A stretch of DNA of 64,000 nt from Abditibacterium sp. (GTDB lineage: Bacteria > Armatimonadota > Abditibacteriia > Abditibacteriales > Abditibacteriaceae). Within the stretch, counting starts at the first letter, position 1, and each line of letters starts with the position of its first letter. The translations under genes were made by a program, and so were the position numbers. The stretch covers positions 896,001-960,000 of the forward strand of contig CBDASK010000003.1 of NCBI GenBank assembly GCA_965199495.1, in the 5' to 3' direction. The notes under the pieces are model-generated. The model did not search any database. It saw nothing but the letters and a program-made list of their open reading frames with translations, and was not told where the DNA came from. Positions 27,900 through 37,035 of the stretch are shown piece by piece.

Positions 27900-30195
27900 A
27901 TGTCAAACATCATCGGCCAGCCCGTAACGCGCCAAGATGCCAAATTGAAAGTCACCGGCAACGCCAAGTATTCCGCCGAATTCGCCTTGCCCAATCTGGC
28001 GTATGCCGTTTTGGTCACATCGCCCGTCGGACGCGGCACCATTCGGGGTTTCGACTTGACTGCGGCCCAGGCGGCGACGGGCGTGATTCGGATAATTACG
28101 CACGAGAACACGCCAAAATTGCGCGCGATTGACCCCAAAAGCGCCGGGGAAGCCAAGGCTTCGTTTGGCGAATTTCTGCTGCCGTTTCAAAGTCCCGACA
28201 TCGTTTATAACGGTCAGGCCATCGCGATTGTTGTGGCCGACACCTACGAGCGAGCGCGCTGGGCCGCCAGTTTGGTCAAAGCCGACATCGAAGTTTTGGA
28301 GCCTTCAACAACGTTGCACGATGCGCCTGTTATAGAGCAGCCCAAAGGCAATCGCGCGCAATCGCAACGCGGCAAACCCGCCGAAACTTTCGCGGCGAGC
28401 GCCCAGAAAATGGACGAAACCTATGTGACGCCCTATGAGCATCACAACCCGCTGGAGCCGCACGCGAATCTGGCTTATTTCGAGCCAAACGGCGATTTGA
28501 CGGTGTATCAATCGAGCCAATCCACATCGGGGCCGCAAGCGACTTTGGCTTACGTTTTCGAGTTGGACAAAGACAAAGTGCGCATCATCAATCACTTTAC
28601 TGGCGGCGGTTTCGGTTGCAAAGGCGCGGGCGCGTGGCAACACGACACCGCCTGTGTTTTGGCGGCGCGCGAAACCAAACGTCCGGTCAAATTGGCGCTG
28701 ATGCGCCAGCAGATGTTCGCGGGCGTCGGGCACCGGGGCAAGTGCGAAATGGACGTGCAAATCGGCACAAATGACGCGGGCGCCATCGAAATGCTGGGCC
28801 AGAAAACGCTAACGCAAAGCCACAAAGATCAGCCGTCATTTTTTGAGTCCGCCGGAATAATGTCGCGCGTGATGTATCGCGCCCCCAACTACGAAATGGG
28901 GCACACGGTCGCGCGCAACAACATTTCGCCGCCGACTTATATGCGCGCCCGGCGAGGCGCCCGGCTCGTTCGCTTTGGAATGCGCCATTGACGAAATGGC
29001 GCATCAAGTCGGCATTGATCCGATTGAATTTCGTTTGCAAAATTACGCGCAAACCGATCCCGAATCGGGTCTGCCGTGGTCGAGCAAACAGTTGGCGCAG
29101 TGCTATGCGAACGGCGCGCGACTCATCGGTTGGGACGCACGCGCGATGCAGCCACGGGCGCGGCGCGAAGGGCGTTATTTGATCGGCTACGGCATGGCCT
29201 CAGCGACCTATCCGGGCAACCGTTCGCCCGCCGCCGCACAGTGCCGACTTTACGCCGATGGCCGCGCCGTGGCTGGCAGCAACGGCGTGGATATTGGAAC
29301 GGGCGCCTACACGATTTTCCGCCAAGTCGCCGCCGCGACTTTGGGTTATCCGCTCGAAAACGTGATTTTTGAACTGGGCGATTCCAAACTGCCCTATGCT
29401 CCGGTCGCGGGCGGCTCACAACTTTCGGCCAGCGTCGCGCCCGCCGTTGCGCAGGCGTGCGAATTGGTTTTGGCCGAAGTTGTCAAATTGGCGGTTGCCG
29501 ACCCGAAATCGGCGGTCTACGGGCGTCCACTCGAAGCCGTCCAACTGCGCGATGGCTTGATTATGCCGCAGGGCGAACCGCTCAAAGGCGAGCCGGTGAA
29601 AGACGTGATTCGGCGGAGCGGCCAACCGTTCGTCGAAGCGTGTTGCCGCGCCGAAACGATGGGAAGCGCCAAGGGCAACGAAGGTTTGAAGCAGCAAAAT
29701 AACGCGCCCTGCAACGTAGCCACGCCGGAACCCGAAACCGATCAGAACAAGGCGAAATACGCGTTTCACTCGTTCGCCTCGCAGTTTTGCAAGTTGCGTG
29801 TGGACGAAGAATTGGGCACAATTCGACTTCTGGATTGGGCGACCGTCGTGGATGTCGGTCGCATTTTGAACAAGCGCACGGCGCGCTCGCAAATGCTCGG
29901 CGGCATCGGTTTCGGCATCGGCATGGCACTCTGCGAAGAGACGCTTTACGATCCGCCGACCGCGCGCCCGGTCATTCGCAATCTGGCCGATTATCACGTC
30001 GCCGTCAACGCCGATGTGCCGCGCATTCAGGTCGAATTCATTGACACGCCCGACCCGCACATCAACAGTTTGGGCTGTCGCGGCATCGGCGAAATTGGCA
30101 TCGTCGGCGTGGCTGCTGCCATCGCCAACGCCGTGTTCAACGCGACGGGCAAACGGTTGCGCGAACTGCCGCTCACGCCGGATAAGTTTGTGTAA
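27900..30195 (+). pseudogene. PaoC/YagR-like molybdopterin-binding subunit, frameshifted near 28945
   Basis: HNPLEPH, GGGFGCK, then YMRA continuing in another frame as PGEAPGSFALE; GIGEIG near the C-terminus. May be a sequencing error. Confidence 0.8.
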
Positions 30196-30206
30196 AGCGC
30201 GGGCAT

Positions 30207-31157
30207 TCACAAAAGTTCTTCCGCGCGCATCCACGCGATGAAATTCGCCAAACCCTGTTCGACTTTGGTTTGCGGCGCCCAACCTAAAATTTCGCGCGCT
30301 TTCTCAACCGAAGCCCACGTTTCGAGTGGCTCCGACGGCGGGCACGGCACGTTTTCTATGATGGCTTCGCGCCCGACTAATCGTTCCAAAATGCGCACGA
30401 ATTCCAAATTTTCGGTCGGGTCGCCGCCGCCTAAATTGATGATTTCCCACGCCAAACCTTTGTCGAGCGCCGCGATGAAACCGCGCACGATGTCGTCAAT
30501 ATACGTCCAATCGCGTTTCATGTGACCGGCGTTGAACAAAGTTATCGTCTCGCCGTGGTTGATGCGCCGCGTCCATTGCCACGGCATCATATCGGGGCGA
30601 CCGTGCGGGCCGTAAACGTTGAAAAATCGCAGAATCGTGATGCGCTGCTGATACAAATGCGCGAACGAATGGGCGAACAGTTCCATCGCGCGCTTGCTGG
30701 CCGGATAGGGCGCCAAAGGCGAAACGGCGGGCGCGCTTTCGAGAAACGGAACTGGCGTATCGCGCCCGTAAACGCTGCCCGTCGAGGCCAAAACGCAAAC
30801 CGGATCGGAAGTCTGGCGCGCGGCATCCAATAAATTCGCCGTGCCCTGCACGTTGACCTGCCCATAAACCAGAGGATGTTGCACCGAATAGCGCACCGCC
30901 GCCATCGCCCCGACATGAGCCACGGCGTCGAACTGTTCGGCTTCGCACAACGCGCGCACGGCGTCGGCATCGCGCAAATCGATGTTTTCGAGGCGAAAAT
31001 CGCGATTCGCCAAATCTCGCAAATGCAAGTTTTTCAGCGCGACATCGTAATACGGATCGAAATTATCGAGGCCGACGACACAATCGCCGCGCGCACAGAG
31101 CGCAAGAGATAAACGCGAACCGATAAATCCGGCGGCGCCAGTGACGAGAACTTTCAT
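30207..31157 (-). CDS. NAD-dependent epimerase (UDP-glucuronate 4-epimerase-like)
   Basis: TGAAGFIG, YPASK, LRFFNVYGP.GRPDM and RDWTYIDD motifs. Confidence 0.92.
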   Translation of the reverse strand: MKVLVTGAAGFIGSRLSLALCARGDCVVGLDNFDPYYDVALKNLHLRDLANRDFRLENIDLRDADAVRALCEAEQFDAVAHVGAMAAVRYSVQHPLVYGQVNVQGTANLLDAARQTSDPVCVLASTGSVYGRDTPVPFLESAPAVSPLAPYPASKRAMELFAHSFAHLYQQRITILRFFNVYGPHGRPDMMPWQWTRRINHGETITLFNAGHMKRDWTYIDDIVRGFIAALDKGLAWEIINLGGGDPTENLEFVRILERLVGREAIIENVPCPPSEPLETWASVEKAREILGWAPQTKVEQGLANFIAWMRAEELL

Positions 31158-31258
31158 AGTTGCAAAAGAATTATCCCAATTTCACCGCCAACGCGGCACC
31201 CGTTTGGCCCATAACAACGCCGCAACGCCCACAGTTCCGCGTTCAAAATTCCACTATC

Positions 31259-31768
31259 ATGGCAACCACAATTACATTCAAAGGCGATCCGGTCGAACTT
31301 TCCGGCACGCCTCCGCAAGTCGGCGACCGAGCGCCCGCGTTCGATCTGGTCAACACCAAAATGGAACAGGTCAAACTCTCCGATTACGACGGCAAAATCC
31401 GCGTCATCTCGATTATTCCCTCGATTGACACCGGCGTCTGCGAAACGCAAACCCGCAAATTCAACAAAGCCCTCGACGAAATGCCCGACAACGTCATTGG
31501 CCTGACGATTTCCGAAGACACACCGTTCGCCCAGGCGCGCTGGTGCGGCGCCGAAGGCATCACCAAAATGGAAATGCTCTCCGATTACAAAGGCCATAAT
31601 TTCGGCCAAGACTATGGTTTGTATATGCCTTCGATGGGACTTTTGGCGCGCTCGGTCTACATCATTGACGGCGACGGCAAAATCGCCTATTTTCAACTGG
31701 TGCCCGAAATGAGCCAAGAACCCGATTACGACGAAGTGCTGGCCAAAGCCAAAGAATTGGCGGCTTAA
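31259..31768 (+). CDS. tpx: Thiol peroxidase
   Basis: PSIDTGVC and PFAQARWCGAEG motifs. Confidence 0.95.
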   Translation: MATTITFKGDPVELSGTPPQVGDRAPAFDLVNTKMEQVKLSDYDGKIRVISIIPSIDTGVCETQTRKFNKALDEMPDNVIGLTISEDTPFAQARWCGAEGITKMEMLSDYKGHNFGQDYGLYMPSMGLLARSVYIIDGDGKIAYFQLVPEMSQEPDYDEVLAKAKELAA

Positions 31769-31777
31769 TAAATTTCC

Positions 31778-31872
31778 CGTAGAGACGCCGATTTATCGCG
31801 TCTAAAATGTTTGAGTTGCGTCAACGTGACGCAACTCAAACATTTTAGACGCGATAAATCGGCGTCTCTACG
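31778..31872. repeat. REP doublet, GTAGAGACGCC family, copy 2 (46-bp perfect arms, 3-nt loop)
   Basis: 31778-31823 is the reverse complement of 31827-31872. Confidence 0.92.
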
Positions 31873-31912
31873 AAAATATCCGCGAACCCAAAAATTCGCG
31901 GTTTTTTGCATC

Positions 31913-31942
31913 TTGCATTTACCTTCTGAACCGATGTATAAT
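31913..31942 (+). promoter_or_regulatory. Sigma70 promoter, probably giving a leaderless padR mRNA
   Basis: TTGCAT-N18-TATAAT ending 6 nt before the ATG at 31949; no RBS. Confidence 0.65.
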
Positions 31943-31948
31943 TAAATT

Positions 31949-32299
31949 ATGGCACGCAAACCCACGCGCGGCGATGTTTCCGCCTTAATTCTGGCCGTAT
32001 TGAGCGAAGGCGCTTTGCACGGCTACGCGATTGCGCGCGAAGTCGAGCGGCGCAGCGAAAACGCGCTCGCGTTGCGCGAAGGTTCGCTTTATCCGACATT
32101 GCGTGATTTAGAAACCAACGGTTACATCGTCGGCCAGTGGGACGATGCAGCCACGCCGACTGGCACACCCGCGCGCAAAACCTACAAATTGACGGCGGCG
32201 GGCCAAACCGAACTCGAAAAACGCGCGCAAGAATGGCAAATTTACGCGCGCGCCTTGAATGGATTTTTAGGAGGAAAACTCGATGTCAAGAACACCTGA
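31949..32299 (+). CDS. PadR family regulator
   Basis: HGYAI, EGSLYPTL..LE..G and RKTYKLT..G motifs. Confidence 0.95.
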   Translation: MARKPTRGDVSALILAVLSEGALHGYAIAREVERRSENALALREGSLYPTLRDLETNGYIVGQWDDAATPTGTPARKTYKLTAAGQTELEKRAQEWQIYARALNGFLGGKLDVKNT

Positions 32300-33011
32300 A
32301 GCTCAATCACTCGAAATTTATCTGTCGCAAATCGAACGCGAACTGCGCGATTTGCCCGCACAAGCGCACGCCAATGAAATGCGCGAAATCGAAGCGCATT
32401 TAAGCGCGCTGGTTTTGGCTGGTCAACAGTTAGAAAATCTCAGTCATGCGCAAGCCACAGCGGTGGCGCTCAAGCAGTTTGGAGCGCCGCGCGCAATCGG
32501 GCGTAAATTGCGCAAAGCGTGGGAGCGCAAGCAACCAGAAGCGTGGTGGCGCGTGATTGTGGCGCCCATCGCGGGTTCAGCTTTCATCGCCATATCTATT
32601 CTAACGATAGATATGATTTCAGCGAGCCTTGGTAACGTGAATTATAACTTTGGATCTTTCGCCTTTTATTTTTGGACGATTTTAGGTGTTCTACTCCCGT
32701 TTTTTGTGGCGGGATTTATAGCCAGTGTTCTCTCTCCCAAACGTGGAATTATTCTAACCGCTCTCTATGGCTTCCTCGCGATTTGTGGGCTTACTATAAT
32801 TCATTCTTTTATCAAACAGGCAGGAGACACCGATTCAATCATAACGAAGTGGTTCTATACGATGGTTTTGTATGGAGTTATATCCACAATCGCTTGTTGG
32901 TCGGGGACAATATTTGGCACTCGTCATGGCGGAAAATTTCTCGATTACATCACGGCGAGCCGGAAATCCCTCGCCCGTATAGCAGGAGGAAAACTCAATG
33001 TTCAACTCTGA
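32283..33011 (+). CDS. Membrane protein with HAAS/DUF1700-like N-terminal domain, copy 1
   Basis: YLSQIERELRDLP...E.EAHL...FG.P motif then about 4 TM segments; AGGAGG RBS inside padR. Confidence 0.8.
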   Translation: MSRTPEAQSLEIYLSQIERELRDLPAQAHANEMREIEAHLSALVLAGQQLENLSHAQATAVALKQFGAPRAIGRKLRKAWERKQPEAWWRVIVAPIAGSAFIAISILTIDMISASLGNVNYNFGSFAFYFWTILGVLLPFFVAGFIASVLSPKRGIILTALYGFLAICGLTIIHSFIKQAGDTDSIITKWFYTMVLYGVISTIACWSGTIFGTRHGGKFLDYITASRKSLARIAGGKLNVQL

Positions 33012-33618
33012 AATCACTTCGTTGGAAACTTATCTTTCGCAAATCGCCCGCGAATTACGCGATTTGCCAGCGCAAGCGCGCACCGACGAAATGCGCGAAA
33101 TCGAAGGGCATTTGCGCGCGCTCGTGTTGGCAAGTCAACAACTAGAAAAAATCAGTCACGCCGATGCGACAGCTTTGGCGCTGAAGCAGTTTGGCGCGCC
33201 GCGTGGCATCGGCAGCAAATTGCGTAAAGCGTGGAAGCGCAAACAACCCGAAGCATGGTGGCGCGCGATATTAGCACCAATAATTTTGGCGACTTCTTAC
33301 TTTTTTGGCGGAAGCGCACTGATGCAATTGTTTTTCGCTTTTGCCCCTAATTTCTATGGCATTTACTATGTCCTGATTGCCATTATCTGTTTCGTAACTT
33401 TTACAGGTAGTTATATCGCTGGCTTAATTTCGCCTAAACGTAGTTTGTTTGGAATCGCAGCTCTTCTTCTCTCGCTGACATTGAACGGTCTTTTCACAGA
33501 AGATTTTCTAAACTTTCAATGGTTAATCTCACACATAATAATTTGTATGTCCGCCACAATGGGAGCTTACTTCGGCGCACGCTTCAGCAGAAAACGCGCT
33601 ATTGCCAGAACGCTCTAA
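32998..33618 (+). CDS. Membrane protein with HAAS-like N-terminal domain, copy 2
   Basis: N-terminal ~88 aa closely similar to copy 1; TM part divergent. Confidence 0.8.
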   Translation: MFNSEITSLETYLSQIARELRDLPAQARTDEMREIEGHLRALVLASQQLEKISHADATALALKQFGAPRGIGSKLRKAWKRKQPEAWWRAILAPIILATSYFFGGSALMQLFFAFAPNFYGIYYVLIAIICFVTFTGSYIAGLISPKRSLFGIAALLLSLTLNGLFTEDFLNFQWLISHIIICMSATMGAYFGARFSRKRAIARTL

Positions 33619-33660
33619 AAGTGTACGATAGGCGCGCGCCTATCGTACACTTTTAGAGCG
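33611..33660. repeat. Perfect 50-bp palindrome with no loop
   Basis: CGCTCTAAAAGTGTACGATAGGCGC/GCGCCTATCGTACACTTTTAGAGCG; contains the stop codon of copy 2. Confidence 0.9.
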
Positions 33661-33768
33661 CTCGCGTTTCGTGTAGATTATCAGCGACCATTGTGCGCCT
33701 CGACAGATTTTTGGAGAAAAATACCAATGTCAAAAGCACCTGAAGTTCAATCACTGGAAAGTTACTTA

Positions 33769-34630
33769 ACCAATGGTGCGGATGGGTTTAGAGCTTAAAC
33801 TGGGCCAAACACAGTTGTGTTTCTCCGCTCCAGTCGAAGCAGAGATTGCAAACCGCGCAGGTATAAGCCAATCGGGCTTTGAGCGGTTCAAGCAGCCGAT
33901 GGGCGAGCTTCTTCATCCTCAAGACGGTTGTGAACAAAGAGAAGAGCGTTTCGACGATCATGCGGTCGTTCCACTGTCCCTTACGACAGATTTTGAGGTT
34001 TTCCGGGTCGCCCTCACGGGCGTGAAAGCCCCCATCTCCAAACACAATCGTCTATTCTTTCACAGACTCGATGAGCGGATGGAAGGCGCTGTCATGCACG
34101 CCCGCCCCATCCACGCGAAAGCCCACGATGCGCCCCAGATTGTCGGTCAATACGCACACTTTGGCTCCGACAATCCAGCGGTGCAGGCTCTTGCCTTTGC
34201 GCGCGACTTGGCGCTGCGTGCGCCGCTCGCGCCACGGATGCACCAGCTCGATGCCATAGGAGTCCACGATGCCAAAGAGCGTGGCCTTTACCAGAAAGCG
34301 TTGGCAAAGTTCCTGATAAGTCACGAACAAACGGAACAGGCGTGTGCGTTCGGGCAGCCGGGGAAAGAGCGGGCCTAACTCGCGCCGCACCCAGCGATCA
34401 AAGGCGCGATTGCCTTCGCCGCGCAGCACTTGCAGCATCGCCAGTGTCACAACTTCGCTGGGATGAAGCAGGGAAAACGGGTGTTTCTCTTGGTCGAATA
34501 ACCCATCATCGACACGGCAAAACAGGGCAATGGTAAAATCAATTGTGGTCATCGGGGAGGCTCTTTGGTGTTTTGGTCAACCTCAAAGTTTGCCGTCCCG
34601 ATGACTCCTTCGCATACCCGCACCATTGGT
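33769..34630 (-). mobile_element. IS982-family insertion sequence (~860 bp)
   Basis: Terminal IRs ACCAATGGTGCGG / CCGCACCATTGGT; target duplication TACTTA (or the 10-bp GTTACTTAAC if the ends are 33771/34628). Confidence 0.88.
33788..34552 (-). pseudogene. IS982-type DDE transposase with an in-frame TAG at 34052-34054
   Basis: LFCRVDD, SEVVTL, FPRLP and VDS motifs; VFGDGGF and R..VET.FS continue in the same frame after the stop. Confidence 0.85.
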
Positions 34631-35213
34631 TACTTAACGCAAATCGCCCATGAACTGCGCGACTTGCCGCCGCAAGCACGAGCTGACGAAATGCGCGAAA
34701 TCGAAGCGCATTTGCGCGTGATGATCGAAGCGCGCGGCGACGTGGCTGGGGTGTTGGCGCAGTTTGGCAAACCGCGTAAAGTCGGGCGCGATTTGCGCCG
34801 CGCGTGGGAGCGCAAACAACCCGAAAGTTGGATGCGTTGTCCTTGGGCTTTGATTCTCGGTTGCACTTTCGCGGGCTGGCACGATCACATGACGTATAAG
34901 CTCTGTTCACTTCATGCCATCCAAAATTTCTTCGTCGCGCACTCTATCTTCAAAATAAACGCGGTTGAAGTCGTCATTTCTCTGTTTGTCGGCCTTCTCA
35001 TCGGCTTGATTTCTCCGCGAAGAAAGTTCGCCTTCATCGCCGTTACAATCGCGTTGATGGCTATTTTCGACGCACGTCCCTACAACATCTATTGGAGCGA
35101 TTTGTTGATCACGACTCCGCTAAGATACGAAATTTTGATTCCTTTTCTTATGGGAGGCGCCCTCATCGGCGCAAGCAACGCGAAAAAGATTGACATCGCT
35201 CGCGCCAGATAGT

Positions 35214-35248
35214 AAAAGCACCGCAAGCTCATCGCTTGCGGTGCTTTT
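35214..35248 (+). terminator. Intrinsic terminator of the padR array
   Basis: AAAAGCACCGCAAGC-tcatc-GCTTGCGGTGCTTTT. Confidence 0.85.
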
Positions 35249-35313
35249 TGCGGGTTTCTTGGCACGAACACAGTTTTTCAATTGAGAAGCGGTAAACTAT
35301 AACTGCTGTCTCC

Positions 35314-37035
35314 ATGCCCCCTCGTTCTCGTTTTCGGCGCGATTTAATCGCGCTTTTGCTTTGTTCGTCCCCAACTCTAACGGCGCGCGCCCAAACGCCC
35401 GCGCCAGTTCCGGCAGTTGTGCCGACGCCGGTTGCGCCCGTCAGACCGGCGCCGACTTCGCCGCTCACGCCCGAACCGGCCTCGCCGACGGTCGAGCCGC
35501 GTCCGCTCGTGCCGCCCAACGCGACGCCGCCTTCGACGGGTAACGTCGGGCCGACTTCGCCGCCCGAAGCGACAACGCCGCCCACAACAACAGCCACGCC
35601 GACGACGCCCGGCGACAATCCAGCCAGTCCACTCGCGCCCAACGCCGCCGCAACCCAAGGCGCGCCCGCGAACTTGCCAGCGAATGCGCCGGATGGAAAC
35701 ACGAAAGACGCGACACCCACCAAGACGCAACCGAAGTTGCCCGCGCGTGGCACGATGGAAGTGACGGGCGACGCGGCTTCGATGTCGGTGTTCGCGGTCA
35801 GCGTGGATGCGCCGCAGCTTTTGACGGCGATTGCGGCGCGCGCCAACTTAAAATTGGTCGTGGACGACACGGTTTCGCGTTTGATTACGTTGTCGGTCAA
35901 AGACAAACCGGCGCGCGAAATCATCTCGTCCATCGCGGGCGCCTACGGTTTGGCCGCCGCCGATGTCGGCGGCGTGACATTAGTTTCCGAGGGCATTCCG
36001 CGCACGCCGTCGAGTTATTTGCTGTCGGACATCGATCAGATTTCGACCAAATACGTGGACGCCCAGAATGCGCGCAACCTGTTGCCGGTGTTTTTGCAGG
36101 ATTACGTCAAAGTCAATTCGTCGCAAAACGCCGTGGTTTTGAGCGCGCCCGCCGAAGTTCTGCGCAAGTTCCGCGACGACATCGCCGGTTTCGATATTCC
36201 CGCCGCGCAAATTACCGTGGACTTGTTGTTGGTCGAATTCACCGAATCGGGTTTGGATCAACTCAATCTCAACCTCAGTTATTCCAACGCGGGCGGGCAG
36301 ATTAATTTTTCGCCAAGTCAGGGTTCGCTTTCCTTTCGTTCGCTGACGACGTTGCCCGATCAGTTTTTGGCGCAATTGTCGGCTTTGCAGCAAAAGGGCG
36401 AGGCGCGCGTGCGAGCCAACCCGCGCATCGCGACGGTTTCGGGGCGAACCGCCTCGATTTTTGTCGGTCGCCAACGTTATATCGTGACGCCGATTGATAC
36501 CGGTAACGGCCAGAGCAACCACATTGACGCCGGTGTGCGTTTGCAAATCACACCTTACACCGGCGGCGAAAAACAGATTATCGTGGACGTGAATACCGAG
36601 GTTTCGACTTTATCGGCCCTCGATCCGGTTACGCGATTGCCGGAAAAATCAACGCGCACCGCCAACACCAAAGTGCGCGTGGCGGATGGCCAAACCATCG
36701 TCATCGGCGGCCTGCGCCAGCAGGAAACCAGCAACACCACCACCAAAGTCCCGATTTTAGGCGACCTGCCGTTGCTGGGGCCGCTCTTGTTTCGCTCGCG
36801 CAACAAGCGCACGACCAACAAGGAATTGGTGTTGTTCATCACGCCGCGTTTGCTGTCGGATACCGGGCATTTGCCCGCCGACGAAGAGAAAAAACTCAAA
36901 GATCGCTTTTTGGCGCCCGACCTGAGCGCGCCCTTGCCTCCGCCCAACTTCGAGCGACCCAATGTGCCAATGCCGGGCGAAACGACGAATGAATCGGCTC
37001 CAGTTGACGATGTTAATCCGATGGTGAAACCGTGA
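35314..37035 (+). CDS. Secretin (PilQ/GspD-like) 1 with a long Pro/Thr/Ala-rich N-terminus
   Basis: Signal peptide; ANPRIATVSG, GVRLQITP, DGQTIVIGGL, KVPILGDLPLLG.LF and ELVLFITP motifs. Confidence 0.9.
   Translation: MPPRSRFRRDLIALLLCSSPTLTARAQTPAPVPAVVPTPVAPVRPAPTSPLTPEPASPTVEPRPLVPPNATPPSTGNVGPTSPPEATTPPTTTATPTTPGDNPASPLAPNAAATQGAPANLPANAPDGNTKDATPTKTQPKLPARGTMEVTGDAASMSVFAVSVDAPQLLTAIAARANLKLVVDDTVSRLITLSVKDKPAREIISSIAGAYGLAAADVGGVTLVSEGIPRTPSSYLLSDIDQISTKYVDAQNARNLLPVFLQDYVKVNSSQNAVVLSAPAEVLRKFRDDIAGFDIPAAQITVDLLLVEFTESGLDQLNLNLSYSNAGGQINFSPSQGSLSFRSLTTLPDQFLAQLSALQQKGEARVRANPRIATVSGRTASIFVGRQRYIVTPIDTGNGQSNHIDAGVRLQITPYTGGEKQIIVDVNTEVSTLSALDPVTRLPEKSTRTANTKVRVADGQTIVIGGLRQQETSNTTTKVPILGDLPLLGPLLFRSRNKRTTNKELVLFITPRLLSDTGHLPADEEKKLKDRFLAPDLSAPLPPPNFERPNVPMPGETTNESAPVDDVNPMVKP

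Larger units (their letters stand above)
33727..35212 (+). pseudogene. HAAS-like membrane protein copy 3, interrupted by an IS
   Basis: MSKAPEVQSLESYLT before the IS; YLTQIAHELRDLP resumes at about 34631. Confidence 0.85.

Noticed and set aside
31195..31210. GG-N10-GC upstream of tpx
   Set aside because: The -12 context is TGGC rather than TTGC or ATGC; too weak to call
33773..34378. 201-aa plus-strand ORF inside the IS
   Set aside because: Antisense shadow of the transposase with no independent motif
35260..35275. TGGCACG upstream of secretin 1 as a sigma54 promoter
   Set aside because: The -12 element reads GT, not GC, at the required spacing
35395..35730. Pro/Thr-rich region as a DNA tandem repeat
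   Set aside because: Low complexity at protein level only; no regular nucleotide period seen
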